64,000 nt of DNA, from positions 165,262-229,261 of the forward strand of contig JAWKRT010000004.1 of assembly GCA_041389495.1 (NCBI GenBank), given 5' to 3'. The notes beneath the pieces are model-generated. The model saw nothing but the letters and a program-made list of their open reading frames with translations. It did not search any database and had not been told where the DNA came from. Numbering within the stretch: position 1 is the first letter of the stretch; every line of letters begins with the position of its first letter. The position numbers were made by a program, and so were the translations under genes. Source of the DNA: Myxococcota bacterium (GTDB lineage: Bacteria; Myxococcota_A; UBA9160; UBA4427). This document shows, one piece after another, positions 1 to 10,705 of the stretch.

Positions 1-521
1 CGGAGCTCGGCGCGCAGGCCGACGAATCGTCGATCTGCGAGGTGGCACCCGGCGCGATCGCCGAGGAGGTCGCGACGCTGCTCGCGGGGGAAGCCCGGCG
101 GGCCGGCATCGCGCTCCACGTCGAGGCGGATGCGCAGTGTCCGAAGCTCCTCGCGGCGCCCGGCCAGATCCGTCAGGTGCTCCTGAACCTCGTCATGCAC
201 GTGCTGCGTCGCGCGCCGACGGGGGGCGACGTGGCGATCCGGAGCGGGACCGACGCGGGCGAGGCGCGCGTCGCGCGCCTCGAGGTCGTCGGCGCGCGCG
301 CCGCCGTCGATCCCGACGACGTCGAGCGCCTGCTCGATCCGTTCGCGACGAGCGATGCCACCTCGCTCGAGGAAGGTCTCGGGCTGCGCGTCGCGCACGA
401 GCTCGTGCGCGAGCTCGGCGGAACGCTCGAGGTGAGCACCGACGACGCGTCCGACACCGCGACGCTCCGCGTGCGCCTCGCGCGCGATCGCAGCGCCGGT
501 TCGCTCCGCACCACCGGTTGA
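1..521 (+). CDS. Sensor histidine kinase, C-terminal ATP-binding (HATPase_c) part; 5' end lies outside the window
   Basis: The frame of ORF 42..521 stays open to the window edge. It contains LLNLVMHVL (N-box-like) and GLGLRVAHELVRELGGTLEV (G2-box-like), typical of GHKL kinases. Confidence 0.75.
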   Translation, partial: ELGAQADESSICEVAPGAIAEEVATLLAGEARRAGIALHVEADAQCPKLLAAPGQIRQVLLNLVMHVLRRAPTGGDVAIRSGTDAGEARVARLEVVGARAAVDPDDVERLLDPFATSDATSLEEGLGLRVAHELVRELGGTLEVSTDDASDTATLRVRLARDRSAGSLRTTG

Positions 522-534
522 CGCTCCGAAGGGT

Positions 535-1269
535 TTGGCAGAGACTCGCCGGCCCCTCCCGCCGCTCGGGCGGCGCCTTCGGCAGCGGAGATCCCTCTTG
601 GCCCTCGTGACGTTCCGTGCGTTCGCGGCGTCGGTCGCGCGAGCCTCGGCGTGCGCGGTCGCGGTCGCCCTGGTCGCGGGGCCGGTCGGCGCCGAGCCGC
701 CCGCGAGCAAGGTCTCGATCGCACTGCTTCCCCTCGTCGTCCACAGCGCGGAGGATCCGGCCTATCTGAGAGCGGGCCTGGCGGACATGCTCGTCTCGCG
801 GCTCGACCAGACGGGCGCCTTCGAGATCCGGCGGGTGGCGGACGGTGAGGCCGCGACGACCGATCTCGGTCGCGCGCTCGAGGCCGGGCGGGCCGCCGGC
901 GCGCGCTTCGTGCTGTTCGGGAGCTTCACGCGCTTCGGTCAGGGAGCGAGCCTCGACATGCAGTGCGCGTCGACGGAGGCGGGCCCCGCGCCGGAGCCGC
1001 TGCGCGAGATCTTCGTGCACTCGGGCAGCATCGGGGACGTCATCCCCGATCTCGACGAGCTGGTCGGCAAGGTCACGCGCTTCGCGGTCGAGGGCTTCGA
1101 GGATCGGCGCGGCGACGCCGTCGCCGCGGCTGCCGACCGCGCGCGGCCGTCCGAGGCGAAGCTCCGCCAGCGGGTCGACGGGCTCGAGCGCGAGCTGCGG
1201 GAGCTGCGGCGCGAGCTCGAGGACGTCGCGAAGAAGGCCGGCGCGCAGGCGGGCGCCAAGGCGCGCTAG
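535..1269 (+). CDS. Secreted hypothetical protein with C-terminal coiled coil (TolB-N/LpoB-like fold is a guess)
   Basis: 244-aa ORF with a hydrophobic N-terminal signal-like segment (ACAVAVALVAGPVGA). The C-terminus is heptad-like (LRQRVDGLERELRELRRELEDVAKKA). No catalytic motif recognised; the start codon is uncertain. Confidence 0.55.
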   Translation: MAETRRPLPPLGRRLRQRRSLLALVTFRAFAASVARASACAVAVALVAGPVGAEPPASKVSIALLPLVVHSAEDPAYLRAGLADMLVSRLDQTGAFEIRRVADGEAATTDLGRALEAGRAAGARFVLFGSFTRFGQGASLDMQCASTEAGPAPEPLREIFVHSGSIGDVIPDLDELVGKVTRFAVEGFEDRRGDAVAAAADRARPSEAKLRQRVDGLERELRELRRELEDVAKKAGAQAGAKAR

Positions 1270-1281
1270 GGCGTGCCGGCC

Positions 1282-1304
1282 GCGCGGCGCGCGGCTAGAC
1301 TGCG
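1282..1304 (+). repeat. Copy A of a 23-nt exact repeat, GCGCGGCGCGCGGCTAGACTGCG, with an embedded TAGACT (-10-like) box
   Basis: Identical 23-mer at 28803-28825. Both copies are intergenic. This one ends 13 nt upstream of tRNA-Met. Confidence 0.6.
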
Positions 1305-1317
1305 GCGCCTTCACCGT

Positions 1318-1394
1318 GGCGGTGTAGCTCAGTTGGTTAGAGCAGCGGAATCATAATCCGCGTGTCCGGGGTTCGAATCCCTGCACCGCTACCA
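1318..1394 (+). tRNA. tRNA-Met (anticodon CAT), elongator type; tRNA-Ile2 (lysidine) identity not excluded
   Basis: Cloverleaf read by eye. Acceptor GGCGGTG/CACCGCT (G1-U72 wobble), D-arm TAGCTCAGTTGGTTAGAGC, anticodon stem GCGGA/TCCGC with loop ATCATAA, T-arm CGGGGTTCGAATCCCTG, encoded CCA. It lacks the three G-C pairs in the anticodon stem and the C1xA72 mismatch of initiator tRNA. Confidence 0.9.
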
Positions 1395-1432
1395 CTCCCC
1401 TCCCGCTCGCCGCTCCCCGCGACCTCCTCCGC

Positions 1433-2377
1433 GTGTCGAACCGCGCCACGGCGCGGCGGCGCGGCGCTAGGCTGCGCGCGATGCGCGACCGCGAGCGATG
1501 GATCGATGCGGCGATCGACCGCGTCTTCGGGCTCGCGGGCGATCGCGAGCCGTCGGATCGGCGCGCCGGGCTGCTCGCGTTCGAGCGCGTCCTGCTCTTC
1601 CACCTCTCCGTGCGATTCGCGCTCGAGCGGTTCCCCGTCGAGCGCGGGCCGGCGGTCCCGAGCGAGGCGCTCGCGGGGACGTTCCTGCTGTGTCTCGGGC
1701 TCACGTTCGTGCGGCGGCTCGCGCCACTCGCGCTCGGCATCGCGATCTGCGCGATGCTCGTCGTGCTCGAGGCGAGCTTCCCCGCGACGTCCAACCACTT
1801 CTTCGTCGAGCTCTGGCTGCTCGTGCTCTTCCTCGTGGTCGGGTTCGACGGCGAGGACGAGGCGCGCGTGCTGCTCGCCGCGACGCGCATCAGCATCGCC
1901 GTCCTGCTCTTCTACACGGGCGTGCAGAAGGCGCTCTACGGCACCTACTTCCACGGCCAGTACCTGCTCGTCGAGATGGCGATCAAGCCGACCTTCGCCG
2001 CCGTGCTCGGGTGGACGCTCCCCGCCGACGAGCTCGCGCGCGTGCTGGGGCAGCTTCCGGACCGCGTCGGCGCGGGCCCCTTCCGCACGACGGCGCCCCT
2101 CTTCCTGCTCGCGTCGAACGCGGTCTGGCTGTTCGAGATCGCCATCCCCGTGCTGCTGCTCGCACAGCGCACGCGGCGGCTCGCCGTCGTCGCCGTCGGC
2201 GCGTTCGTCTTCGCGATCCAGTCGGGGGCGACGGAGATCTTCTTCGGCACGCTGCTCGTCGCGTGCGTGCTCCTGTTCTGGCCGCGCGACCTGCTCGCGC
2301 GCGCGCAGTTCGTCTTCTACGCGTGGTACGCGCTGCTCGCGGTCGTCGACCTCGTCACCGACTGGCGGTTCGTGTGA
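1433..2377 (+). CDS. Polytopic membrane protein, HTTM-like (vitamin K-dependent gamma-carboxylase-related transmembrane domain)
   Basis: 314-aa ORF with about 8 hydrophobic segments. SNHFFVELWLLVLF resembles the NH-aromatic motif of HTTM/GGCX, and FYTGVQKALYG resembles the following conserved G-x-x-K segment. The start may instead be the ATG at 1481. Confidence 0.55.
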   Translation: MSNRATARRRGARLRAMRDRERWIDAAIDRVFGLAGDREPSDRRAGLLAFERVLLFHLSVRFALERFPVERGPAVPSEALAGTFLLCLGLTFVRRLAPLALGIAICAMLVVLEASFPATSNHFFVELWLLVLFLVVGFDGEDEARVLLAATRISIAVLLFYTGVQKALYGTYFHGQYLLVEMAIKPTFAAVLGWTLPADELARVLGQLPDRVGAGPFRTTAPLFLLASNAVWLFEIAIPVLLLAQRTRRLAVVAVGAFVFAIQSGATEIFFGTLLVACVLLFWPRDLLARAQFVFYAWYALLAVVDLVTDWRFV

Positions 2378-2835
2378 TGTCGCGGGCCCGCAAGCGCGCC
2401 GTCGCCGCGATGCTGCTGGTCTTCTCCCTCTGGCCGCTCGCACAGCACGCGCTCGTGCAGCGCTTCCGCATGAATCCGTGGAAGTTCTTCGGCTTCGCGA
2501 TGTACACGACGCACGTCCTGAAGCCCGCCGTCGAGGTCTACGCGCTCGACGGCGGACGGCGTCTCGCGCTTCCGATCCCCGAGCGCGAGCTGCCGGAGGC
2601 CGAGGCCGAGCGGCGGCGGCTGCGCGCGTCGAGCCACCACTGCGGTCTGCTCGCGCGCCCCGACCGCCTCGCGCGGCTCGTGCGCGACGCGCTCGCGCCG
2701 AGCGAGGGCGTCGAGGTGGTCGTCGTGCGGCCGTACATCGACCCGCGCTCGGGTCGGGTCACGGCGACGCGCGAGAGCCACCTCTACCTCGCCGACGGCC
2801 GCGTGATCGAGGAGCTCGGGGCGTTCGGACGCTAG
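2377..2835 (+). CDS. Hypothetical membrane-anchored protein, coupled to the HTTM-like gene
   Basis: The ATG at 2377 shares one nucleotide with the upstream TGA (gTGATG). It has an N-terminal TM segment (AVAAMLLVFSLWPLA) followed by NPWKFFGFAMY. 152 aa; lies in the frame of ORF 1498..2835. Confidence 0.55.
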   Translation: MSRARKRAVAAMLLVFSLWPLAQHALVQRFRMNPWKFFGFAMYTTHVLKPAVEVYALDGGRRLALPIPERELPEAEAERRRLRASSHHCGLLARPDRLARLVRDALAPSEGVEVVVVRPYIDPRSGRVTATRESHLYLADGRVIEELGAFGR

Positions 2836-2865
2836 GCGCGGCCGGCGGCGATCGGGGAGGGCGGC

Positions 2866-3867
2866 GTGTTCGGGATCCATCGCTACGTCCTCTCCCTGCT
2901 CGTGATGGTCGGCCACCTCGCTCCGCTCTGGAGCAGCTGGTGCGGCTACTACGCGGTGTTCGCGTTCTACCTGCTGAGCGGATTCCTGATGACGAAGGTG
3001 CTGCGGCGTCGCTACGGCGGATCGAGCGCGGGCGTCGTGCGATTCCTCGCGAACCGCGCGCTCCGCATCCATCCGCCCTACTGGGCCGTGCTCGCGCTGA
3101 CGCTCGGGCTGCTCGCGCTCTGGCCCGTGGACGTGCCGCGCCTGCACCCGTCGATCCGCGTGCCGGGCGACGCGCGCGCCTGGATCCAGAACGTCCTCGT
3201 GATCGGCCTCGAGGGCGAGGCCGTGCGGCTCGTGCCCCCGGCGTGGTCGCTCGACGTGGAGCTCGTCTTCTACCTCGTGCTCGCGGCCGTCGCGACGCGC
3301 GGGCGCGCCGTCGCGTTCGCGTGGCTGGCGGGAAGCGCGGCCTACACGGCGTGGCTCGTCGCGACGGGCGCCGCCTTCGCCGATCGCTATGCGCCGTACG
3401 GCGCTGCGTCCCTGCCGTTCGCGCTCGGTTGCGCGCTGCAGTGGGAGGAGTCGCGGCTGCGCCTCGCCCCCTGGCACGCGGTGCTCGCGCCCGTCCTGTT
3501 CGCCGGACACGCGATGCTCGCGGTGCGGCTCTGGGGCGCGTACGACGGCGCCGCGTTCTACGCGTCGCTCGGCCTCGCGGCCTACAGCGTTGCGGCCCTC
3601 GCCCCGCGCCGTGCGACGGGTGCGATCGCCCGCCTCGACGCGGCTCTCGGCGACCTCTCGTATCCGCTGTTCCTGGGGCACCAGGTCGCGTCGATCGCCG
3701 TCGCGATGACGTGGCTCGGCGGCGCGCGGCCGCCGGACGGCCGCCTCCTGCTGTTCACGCTCCCGGCCGTCCATGCGCTCGCGTTCGCCGTGCACGCCGG
3801 CGTGGAGCGGCCGGTCGAGCGCCTGCGAGGGCGGGTGCGGACGCGCGCCGCACGCGCCGACACCTAG
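2866..3867 (+). CDS. Acyltransferase family 3 (OafA/OatA-like membrane O-acyltransferase)
   Basis: 333-aa polytopic ORF. The N-terminal VMVGHL...YYAVFAFYLLSGFLM and RALRIHPPYW segments are typical of Acyl_transf_3. Confidence 0.75.
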   Translation: MFGIHRYVLSLLVMVGHLAPLWSSWCGYYAVFAFYLLSGFLMTKVLRRRYGGSSAGVVRFLANRALRIHPPYWAVLALTLGLLALWPVDVPRLHPSIRVPGDARAWIQNVLVIGLEGEAVRLVPPAWSLDVELVFYLVLAAVATRGRAVAFAWLAGSAAYTAWLVATGAAFADRYAPYGAASLPFALGCALQWEESRLRLAPWHAVLAPVLFAGHAMLAVRLWGAYDGAAFYASLGLAAYSVAALAPRRATGAIARLDAALGDLSYPLFLGHQVASIAVAMTWLGGARPPDGRLLLFTLPAVHALAFAVHAGVERPVERLRGRVRTRAARADT

Positions 3868-3870
3868 ACG

Positions 3871-4848
3871 CTAGGCGGGCAATCCGCTCCACAGGCCGCG
3901 CAGCGGCGAGTCGCGCATGACCTCGGCGATCTCGCGCTGCTGGCCCTCGGAGAGCTGCTCGCGCCACTTCTCGAGGCTCTCGCGCGGGTCGCGGAAGACG
4001 CTGAAGTAGGCGCGGCGCGCGTCGATGCCCTCGGCCTCGCCCGAGATCGACGCCTCGACGAAGGCGCGCGTCTGCGGGCCGACCTGCCAGCCGATGAACT
4101 CGAAGATGCGCGTCGTCTCGGCGAGCGGGTCGGCGCAGAGGTCCTCGTAGACGACGACGCGGCCGCGCGGCTGCGCGCGCGTGACCGCGACGAGCGGCTC
4201 GACCTGGATGCGCCAGCGCAGGGCCTCGAACATCGCCTCGGGCATCGTCGCGAGATCGGGCAGGAAGGCGCGGTAGGCCTCGCCGCCCGGCGCCTCGATC
4301 ACGTCGCGAGCGCGCCGCGCGTCGCGCTCGCGATCGGCGTCGAAGATCCCCTTCGCGACGCCCGACAGGTGGCTCGCGACGTTCGCGAACGGGTTGCGCA
4401 CCGCGGCCAGCAGCACCGGCTCGATCACCTCGCACAGGCGCGCGAGGAGCGCGGTCTCGAAGTTGACGTCCTTGATCAGGACCTCGCCGTCCTCGGCGAG
4501 ACGCGGCCGACCGTACGCTTCGTAGAGCCCGCGCAGTGCGGGCACGCGCGAGCCGAGGCCGTGCAGGAAGTGGAGCACGCGCGGGTGGCCGCGTTCGAAC
4601 GTCTTCGGCGGGAACGGGGGCAGGTCGACCTGGTGATGGCAGCCGCGGCAGATCGCATCGAAGCGCGTGCGCAGGGCCGCGCGGTCGCCGCCGCTCGCGA
4701 GGTCGCGCTTCCACGCCGCGTACGGCGCGCGCTTCCACTCCGGGAACGGCTCGTGCTTGTAGCAGCAGGTCGTATGGCTGTTGAGGATCTGCGCCAGCCA
4801 CGTCGTGCCGGAGCGTCCCTTGCCTGTGATCAGCACGTAGCGGAGCAA
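3871..4848 (-). CDS. Sulfotransferase family protein
   Basis: PAPS 5'-phosphosulfate-binding loop ITGKGRSGTTWLAQIL. I trimmed tracked ORF 3871..5511 to an in-frame TTG at 4848 preceded by GGGAGGGG. The discarded N-terminal 221 codons are Arg/Ser/Pro-rich and overlap the neighbouring ligase gene out of frame. Confidence 0.7.
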   Translation of the reverse strand: MLRYVLITGKGRSGTTWLAQILNSHTTCCYKHEPFPEWKRAPYAAWKRDLASGGDRAALRTRFDAICRGCHHQVDLPPFPPKTFERGHPRVLHFLHGLGSRVPALRGLYEAYGRPRLAEDGEVLIKDVNFETALLARLCEVIEPVLLAAVRNPFANVASHLSGVAKGIFDADRERDARRARDVIEAPGGEAYRAFLPDLATMPEAMFEALRWRIQVEPLVAVTRAQPRGRVVVYEDLCADPLAETTRIFEFIGWQVGPQTRAFVEASISGEAEGIDARRAYFSVFRDPRESLEKWREQLSEGQQREIAEVMRDSPLRGLWSGLPA

Positions 4849-4927
4849 GGGCCCCTCCCGAGGTCGAGGGCGCACCGTACCCGGGCGCCGCGCGGCGGAC
4901 CTCCTTCGGCACGACGCACGGGCGGGC

Positions 4928-6526
4928 TCAACTCCCGAGCGCGGACGACGCGAGCGCGCCGTCCGTCCCGGCGGCCGCGCCGAGCTGCGCGAGCAGCTCG
5001 TGCTTGCGCACCTTGCCACTCGCGGTGCGCGGGAGCTCCGCCGCGACCACGAGGTGCCGGGGCTGCTTGTAGCGCGCGAGGCGATCGCCGCACCACGCGA
5101 GGAGCGCGGCGAGGTCGAGCTCGGCCCCGGGTGCGAGCACGACGAAGGCGCAGCCGCTCTCGCCCCACGTCGCGTCGGGAACCCCCACGACCGCGACCTC
5201 GTCGACGGCCGGGTGCGCGAGCAGCGCAGCCTCGACCTCGGCCGGGTACACGTTCTCGCCGCCCGAGATGTACATCTCTCGTGCGCGCCCGACGAGCGTG
5301 ACGAAGCCCTCGTCGTCGATGCGGGCGAGGTCGCCGGTGCGCACCCAGCCCTCGCGGAGCGTCGCGGCCGTCTCGGCGGGTCGCTCCCAGTAGCCGAGCA
5401 TCGCGATCGGCCCGCGCACGACGATCTCGCCGGTCTCGCCCGTGCCGACGTCGCGCCAGTGGGCGGGCGCTGCGTCGACGGTGGCGCGGTCGACCACCCG
5501 CAGCTCCGCATGGAAGACCGGGCGGCCCACGCTGCCCGCCTTCCGCAGCGCGTCGGCCTCGTCGAGACAGCAGAGGATCGACGTCTCGGTCTGGCCGTAC
5601 CCCTGCTTCAGGACGAGGCCGTGGCGCTCGTAGGCGCGCACCGTGTCCGGCGCGATCGCGGCGCCGGCGGTGAACAGGAAGCGCAGCGCCGGCCGCGCGC
5701 CGGGCGGACACGCGCCCGCGTCGAGCGCGCCGAGCAGCCGCTCGTACTGCGTCGGCACGCCACCCAGGTACGTGATGCGCTCGCGCTCGACGGCGCGCCA
5801 CACCGCGTCGGCGTCGAAGCCGCGCTGCAGCACGACGGCGCAGCCCGCGTAGAGAGCGGGGAGCGAGAGGATCTTGAGCCCGAGCGAGTGGAACAGCGGG
5901 ACCGCCACGAGCACGCGCTCCGCGCCGCTGCGGATGCCGAAGTAGAGCTGCGCGTTGAGCGCGTTGAAGAGCGTCTTGCGGTGCGCGAGCAGCGCGCCCT
6001 TCGGCGCGCCGGTCGTCCCCGAGGTGTAGAGGATCATCATCGGCGCGTCGGGCGAGACGGGGAGGGCGTCGATCGCGGGCGCTGCGGCGCGCTCGCGCTC
6101 GAAGGCGTCGTCGGGATCGTCGCCGAGCAGCGCGACGCGCGCGGGGGCGTGCGCGGCCGCCGCGAGCGCGTCGGCGACGAGCGATGCGAACGCGCGCTCC
6201 GCGACGAGCACGCGCGGGCGCGCGTCGTCGACCTGGAACGCGATCTCGCGCGCGGAGAGCCGGGTGTTGGTCGGGACCGCGATCGCGCCGAGGCGCGCGC
6301 TCGCGAGGACGAGCTCGAGGTACGCGGCGCGGTTCCCGAGCAGGAGCGCGACCCGGTCCCCGCGCGCGACGCCGGCCGCCGCGAGCCAGCCCGCCGCGCG
6401 GCCGACGCGCTCGTCGAACGCGGCCCAGTCGAGGCGCAGGCGGCCGTCGACGATCGCGAGACGGCGCGGCGCCGTCGCCGCCCACCGCGACGTCCAGCCG
6501 CCGACGTTGTGCACCGCGCTCGACAC
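4928..6526 (-). CDS. AMP-dependent acyl-CoA synthetase/ligase (FadD-like)
   Basis: 532 aa. AMP-binding signature YTSGTTGAPKGALLAH, plus GYGQTE, GDLARIDDEGF and a C-terminal GKVRK. Confidence 0.9.
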   Translation of the reverse strand: MSSAVHNVGGWTSRWAATAPRRLAIVDGRLRLDWAAFDERVGRAAGWLAAAGVARGDRVALLLGNRAAYLELVLASARLGAIAVPTNTRLSAREIAFQVDDARPRVLVAERAFASLVADALAAAAHAPARVALLGDDPDDAFERERAAAPAIDALPVSPDAPMMILYTSGTTGAPKGALLAHRKTLFNALNAQLYFGIRSGAERVLVAVPLFHSLGLKILSLPALYAGCAVVLQRGFDADAVWRAVERERITYLGGVPTQYERLLGALDAGACPPGARPALRFLFTAGAAIAPDTVRAYERHGLVLKQGYGQTETSILCCLDEADALRKAGSVGRPVFHAELRVVDRATVDAAPAHWRDVGTGETGEIVVRGPIAMLGYWERPAETAATLREGWVRTGDLARIDDEGFVTLVGRAREMYISGGENVYPAEVEAALLAHPAVDEVAVVGVPDATWGESGCAFVVLAPGAELDLAALLAWCGDRLARYKQPRHLVVAAELPRTASGKVRKHELLAQLGAAAGTDGALASSALGS

Positions 6527-6611
6527 GGGGCGGGGGGATAGACGACGGCGCGCGCGCCCGCCATCGGCGCCCGCGCCGCTACGCTAGGAGGGCTCGACCG
6601 GGAGGACGCGC

Positions 6612-7508
6612 GTGAACCTGATCGGCCAGCCCGCCACCGTCGGCCGCCACTGCGGCGCGAGCCGCTACGACGTGACGCCCGAGGTCGTCGCCTTCTACGA
6701 GGATGCGCTCGACGACCACCATCCGCTCTACGAGCGCTTCGCGCCGCCGCTCCTCCACCACTCGGAGTGCTTCCGCTACCTCGGCGAGTGGTACCTGAAG
6801 AACCTGTTCGGAAACCTCCACGCGCAGCAGGACTGGGAGTGCTTCGCGCCGATCGAGGTCGGGCGCGCGATCCGCACCCGCTCGACGATCGTGGACCGCT
6901 ACGCGAAGCGCGGCCGCGACTACGTCGTGAACGAGACCGACTACGTCGATGCCGAGGAAGGACGGCTGCTCGTGCGCAGCCGCACGCACCAGTCCTTCCT
7001 CCCGCCGCAGGATGCGGCGCCGGACGCGGCGAGCGGTGCCGCCGACGCGGGCGCGGGCTTCGTCGTCGACGAGGACACGGCGCGCCGGAAGCAGCGCGAG
7101 GCGCGCCCGCCGTTCCCGACCGCGACGGGCGAGGACCTCCCGCCGATCGCGCACACGATCGACCAGCGCCGCTGCTGGATGTTCTCCGGCCCCGGCGCGA
7201 ACTACCACAACGACGAGGCCCAGGCGCGCAAGCTCGGCTTCCCGCGGATCGTCGTGCAGGGGATGATGTCGACCTGCTTCGTGTCGCAGCTCATGCTGGC
7301 GCGCTTCGGCGAGGGCTGGCTCCGCGGCGGGCGCATGTCGGTGAAGCTCACCAACGTCGTGTGGTGCGACGAGACCGTCGTCGTGCGCGGCAAGGTGCGC
7401 GAATCGGTGCGCGAGGGGACGCGCGTGCGCGTGCACTGCGACGTCTGGGTCGACAAGCCGGACGGCGCGCGGGCGCTGATCGGCAGCGCGTCGGCCCTCG
7501 AGGCGTAG
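6612..7508 (+). CDS. MaoC-family double hot-dog (R)-hydratase/dehydratase
   Basis: 298 aa. The N-terminal half is hot-dog-like. The C-terminal half carries the MaoC pattern ANYHNDEAQARKLGFPRIVVQGMM. GTG start preceded by GGGAGGA. Confidence 0.75.
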   Translation: MNLIGQPATVGRHCGASRYDVTPEVVAFYEDALDDHHPLYERFAPPLLHHSECFRYLGEWYLKNLFGNLHAQQDWECFAPIEVGRAIRTRSTIVDRYAKRGRDYVVNETDYVDAEEGRLLVRSRTHQSFLPPQDAAPDAASGAADAGAGFVVDEDTARRKQREARPPFPTATGEDLPPIAHTIDQRRCWMFSGPGANYHNDEAQARKLGFPRIVVQGMMSTCFVSQLMLARFGEGWLRGGRMSVKLTNVVWCDETVVVRGKVRESVREGTRVRVHCDVWVDKPDGARALIGSASALEA

Positions 7509-7513
7509 CGGCG

Positions 7514-8614
7514 GTGGCCGGGCGCGGCGCGCCGCGGCGGCTCGAGCGCGAGGTCGAGCGCGCGCTGCGCGCGCTCGGCGCGGCGGAGCGCGGCGAGCGG
7601 CTGCTCGTCGCCGTGTCGGGCGGCGTCGACTCGATCGTGCTCCTCGACGTGCTGTGCGGCCTGCGCGAGCGGCGGGGCTTCGAGGTCGCGGTCGGTCACG
7701 TCGAGCACGGCCTCCGCGGCGCGGACTCGCTCGCGGACGCGGCGTTCGTCGAGGCGCAGGCGCGCGCGCGCGGCTGCGCGTTCGGGCTCGAGCGCGTCGA
7801 CGTCCGGGGCGCGCGGAGCGGAGGCCCGAGCCGGACGCGGCCCACTCTCCAGGAGGCCGCCCGCGCGCTCCGCTACGACGCGCTCCGGCGCATCGCCGCG
7901 CGCCTCGGCGCCGCGCGCGTCGCGACGGCGCACACGCTCGACGACCAGGCGGAGACGCTGCTGCTGCGGCTCCTGCGCGGCTGCGCACCGGATGCGCTCG
8001 GCGGCATCCCCGAGCGCTCGCCCGACGGCGCGGTCGTCCGTCCGCTGCTCGGCGCGACCCGCGAGGCGGTCCGGGGCTACGCGTGCGCGCGTGAACTCTC
8101 GTGGCGGGAGGACGCGAGCAACGCGTCGCCCGTCTACGCGCGCAACCGCGTCCGGCACGAGCTGCTGCCCCGCCTCGCGGCCGAGTTCAACCCGCGACTG
8201 CTCAGGGCGCTCGCGAACCTTGCCGAAGCGTCCCGCCGGGACGCCGAGTGGATCCGCTCCGTCGTCGATGGGCTGGCGCAGCAGCGGTTCGAGCGAGCGA
8301 CGACGGGAGACGACGGCGAGCCGTGCATCCGCATCGATCCGAAGGGCTGGGACGAGGCCGCGCTGCCCGACGCGCTCGCGCGGCGGCTCGTCGCGCGGGC
8401 GTTCGACGAGCTCGGCGCGGGCCGCGAGCGGACGCGGGCGCACGTGTCGCGGGTGCTCGACTTCCTGCGGCGCGCGCCGGACGCGCAGATCGGGCGTTGC
8501 ATCGAGCTCCCCTGCGGACTGCGGCTCGTGCGGGCCGCGCACGCCTGCGAGCTGCGCGGCGCGCCAGCGGGCGCGCGGACGCCCGGAAGGGGTGGGCCGC
8601 CGCTCGGGTGCTAG
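7514..8614 (+). CDS. tilS: tRNA(Ile)-lysidine synthase
   Basis: PP-loop VAVSGGVDSIVLL, HTLDDQAETLLLRLLRG, and a RNRVRHELLP segment. Start placed at the in-frame GTG at 7514 within tracked ORF 6767..8614. Confidence 0.88.
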   Translation: MAGRGAPRRLEREVERALRALGAAERGERLLVAVSGGVDSIVLLDVLCGLRERRGFEVAVGHVEHGLRGADSLADAAFVEAQARARGCAFGLERVDVRGARSGGPSRTRPTLQEAARALRYDALRRIAARLGAARVATAHTLDDQAETLLLRLLRGCAPDALGGIPERSPDGAVVRPLLGATREAVRGYACARELSWREDASNASPVYARNRVRHELLPRLAAEFNPRLLRALANLAEASRRDAEWIRSVVDGLAQQRFERATTGDDGEPCIRIDPKGWDEAALPDALARRLVARAFDELGAGRERTRAHVSRVLDFLRRAPDAQIGRCIELPCGLRLVRAAHACELRGAPAGARTPGRGGPPLGC

Positions 8615-8756
8615 CCTGCGCCGAGCCTTGTAGTTTGGGCGCGGAACGCCGGTCGGGCGAACCGCGGACGCCGGGTCGGCATCGGCATCCGTGTCGAATC
8701 CGGAGGGAGGGCGCCCGATCGACGGGCGCCCGAGCGATGGGGTGCCGGGAGCGCGC

Positions 8757-10694
<1,938 letters not shown>

Positions 10695-10705
10695 GGAAGG
10701 CCGCC

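Noticed and set aside
3871-5511. Tracked 546-aa minus-strand ORF taken as one gene.
   Set aside because: Only the C-terminal 325 aa look like a sulfotransferase. The N-terminal 221 codons overlap the acyl-CoA ligase out of frame and are Arg/Ser/Pro-rich. An in-frame TTG at 4848 with an upstream GGGAGGGG gives a sensible start.
1318-6611. Genomic island integrated at tRNA-Met.
   Set aside because: There is no integrase, recombinase or transposase. I could find no direct repeat of the tRNA 3' end near 6527-6611, and by eye there is no clear composition shift. The locus is treated as an accessory-looking metabolic cluster only.
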